Shown here in pieces: positions 61,041 to 64,000 of a DNA stretch of 64,000 bases; the stretch's first letter is position 1; the number at the start of each line of letters is the position of its first letter. The DNA is from Callorhinchus milii (lineage: Eukaryota): positions 47,184,001-47,248,000 of the forward strand of contig NW_024704742.1 of the NCBI RefSeq assembly GCF_018977255.1, in the 5' to 3' direction. The notes beneath the pieces are model-generated. The model was not told where the DNA came from and ran no database searches. It saw only the letters and a program-made list of their open reading frames with translations. The position numbers and the translations under genes were made by a program.

Positions 61041-63701
61041 CATGCCAGAAGTCACAAGCAGGCTGGAGGGCATTGCAAGGTGTGTGTGTTTTTTTGTGTT
61101 GGGGAATTTTTTTGGGAGCAGGCAGAGTGTCTGGGGCAGCCAGGAATAAATAGCCTGGTTTAAACACTCAGCTGTCATGTTGGCCCCTGGGAATGCTCTA
61201 CTGGATACCCTATCTGTGGCTCAAACCTTTGTGATGGTTTTATAGTACTTTTCAACTTGCTTTTTTAAGTGGCTCTTTTTTTTATTTGTCAAGACCTTGC
61301 TTTAAAAAACAAGCAAATGTGCTTACCCAATACTGTACCTGTGGCCCTTTTAAATATCACAAAATTTTCTTGTTAAAAAGGGAGTAACTTTATCATCGTT
61401 TATCATATTGCATTTAAACCATTTGCTAAAAGGTTTATTCTGTTTTTGAAAGATTAGGAAGCGTATTCCCAGATCCATCCACTTTCACCCATGTTTCAGC
61501 CGGAGTGACAGTCAGACTCCAGCAGTGGTCACCATATCATGTTAAAAACAAATTGTCACTTGTACTATTTTCAGCCTGGCAAATGGAGTCAAGGTGCAAA
61601 GTGAGCAGGAGCAATGTTGTCTCTTCAACTGTTAGTAGAATAACAGCTCTGAGCAGAGTTATGACAGGAGAGTTACTCCACATCCAATTCAGCAGAATGA
61701 TAATTTAATTCCTTCTTGGTGAGGTTATGGCGTGGTATTAGTGTTTGCACTGTCTCTAAGCAAATTAGTGTAGAACCTTTCCTGTGCCTATCATCTTCCT
61801 TCTGTAACTTTTGAGGTCAATGCTTCAGCTTGTGATTTTGTGATGAGACGTTAAACTGACGTTTGGCTGCATGTTAAAGAGCCCTTACTAATGTAAGAAA
61901 AGATAAGACAATTTCTCCTGATATCCTGGTCAATAATCCTCTGGATAAAACTGGTCATTCATTCATGGTTTATTCTGGGAAGTTGCTGTGTGCAAATTGG
62001 CTGCTGAATTTGCTTACAAATAATAATAATAACAATCTGCATTTGGTATAACACCCTATCATTGTTGAGACATCTCAAACCACTTCATAGGACATGTTGT
62101 GAAGTGGATTCACTGTGTATTTTGTGGGCCAACAGTCATCTCACTTTACAGTAAAATACTTTGAGATTTTCACCAACCTGATAAGGTGCTTTATAAAATA
62201 CAAGATTATTATTATTATTGCCTCATTATACTCTGTGATTGTTCAATACAATATGTAATTTGAGCTTGTCAGTAAAATATTATAAAAGTTTCCTCCATTT
62301 CACTTAAATTATCTCTCTTCTGCTGAGCAACGTGACACAAGCCAGCAATCATTTTGTATTGCAGTTTGTAGAGGACAGAGGACGGCAGCTTGGCAAAGAA
62401 ATGTTAATATAAAATGGCATAATCAGGACAAATTATCTCTCACTCCTGACCAATAAGCAATATGACATTCACTGAGGATTCACAAGACTTTAGAAATAGC
62501 TTTGCTAGATTCCTGGAAGTCTGCACTGTGAAATATTGCTCTGCCATGCCTTCTGTCATTATCTCCGAGTTGGACAACTATAGTGGAGCTGAGACAACCG
62601 TCCAACAGTTTATGTAGATAACATCTATCTGTGCAGAGGAGTGTTATTTGGCTTTAAGATAAATGTGGCTACTTGATGTCATAAATCATGGGGGGGAAAA
62701 AAGTGCAAGCAGCTTACACAATTATCAAAATAATGTGGTCTGGTCACATTCTCATCCATCTGTTTTAATAAAATGTACACAACGCAGTGCACATAATGTT
62801 GATTGATGGGGATAATGGAAAATGAGACCTTGAATGAGAAGATTCTACAATACGAAAAAACTTTTTTGTTTTATTCTCCATTCTCTGTATGCTAACATAG
62901 CTGAGGAGGTTTGCTTTGCGATTGCACATCACATAACAGGAAGTTGGGGTTTAACTAAAGCAAAAGAGCAAAATGTGTGGTCATATGATCTGATAAAAAT
63001 AGAATTTTTTGAACTAAGGTATTGTGCTTCGCCAGTTTCCTCAGGATCCTGTACGCATTATAGGAACATGATATGATAATTTGAAAGGCTAACCTTCAAT
63101 TTCAAAAAACCTAACCACCGAAAATATCATCAATTTATTTTAAAAATTGCCCAAACAATTAGAACATGGAGATTAATGTAAATTCATTCAGCTCCCTCCT
63201 ACACTGGTGTACTTCATGGTCTGATGCCTCTGAGTTGTATTGTGTGGGTGAGCATGGCAATTGCACAAATGGTTAGTATCAGAGGAGCTCTCTACCAATT
63301 TTCAGTTTATTCAGACTTTGATAAAATGTGTAATAAAGAAGGGCATTGAAAGTAAATGTGGCACAGTGCCAATACATTTGGAACATAGTTGCACTGTATT
63401 ATAGAGTAATAGCACGTTGGATAGTGTTTGTAGCACCACACAGGGAGTTGCCACTCTCAGCCGTGCTGTCATAGTGAAACAACAAGCAGGTTATCATTCT
63501 TTTCCATGGGGAGGGAAAGGAATTCGCATCTCCATTTCCTCTGAGCCACTCGTACAATTCAAATGACTTCCTTCAAAAGGGTATTGATAGGTTTACAGTT
63601 TCCCCACTTAACATCCTCAACACTGCTCTGTTGAGATGGTTTGACTGTTTGAAATGATTTTCTATGCTTGGGAAAGGAATAGAATATTTAATAAAATTAA
63701 T

Positions 63702-64000
63702 AATATAACAATTACCCGTAGCATAGAAGTCCAGTAACCTATTAGTTGGAGCCCTCACCATACACCTCTATTTACCTAGCAGGAAGTAGGAACCCGGTTG
63801 TTAGTTGATTGGCAGATCTCTTCTCAGGAATAATAGTCCCTCAAAAAAAATGTGGTCACTCAATCCACGAGTTTGTGGGACACTGTTGTGCACAAATGGC
63901 TGCCGCGTTTCGCCCACAAAATACAGTCAATTCATTTTACAGTATGTTCTGTGAAACGCTTTGCAACGTCTGATCAACGTGATAAGGTCCTGTGTCAAAT
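63702..64000 (+). mobile_element. SINE long form, partial
   Basis: Extra block, core and tail running to the window end. Confidence 0.85.

Overview
Vertebrate genomic DNA, repeat-rich. The SINE/CR1/L2 repertoire suggests a cartilaginous fish (inference). The window holds a complete 14-exon phosphoglucomutase-2 gene (PGM2, + strand, ATG 23150 to TGA 50303, 606 aa, all introns GT-AG and in phase). It also holds the first coding exon of a divergent TBC1D1 (+, 59671-60258), the same neighbour order as in human. The rest is tRNA-derived Deu-type SINEs, decayed CR1 and L2 LINE fragments, two small DNA-transposon relics, satellites and a tandem duplication (about 1355-3822 / 3823-10463). I see no evidence of a wholly new multi-gene system. 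The most notable features are a perfect 31-bp-arm palindrome of CCAAT and GC boxes in the PGM2 promoter, a frame-cycling coding minisatellite and a 29-Q tract in the TBC1D1 PTB exon, a decayed hammerhead-ribozyme motif, and an old A-tailed repeat I cannot classify. Homology calls come from recalled protein and repeat motifs, not from searches. Repeat boundaries are approximate.
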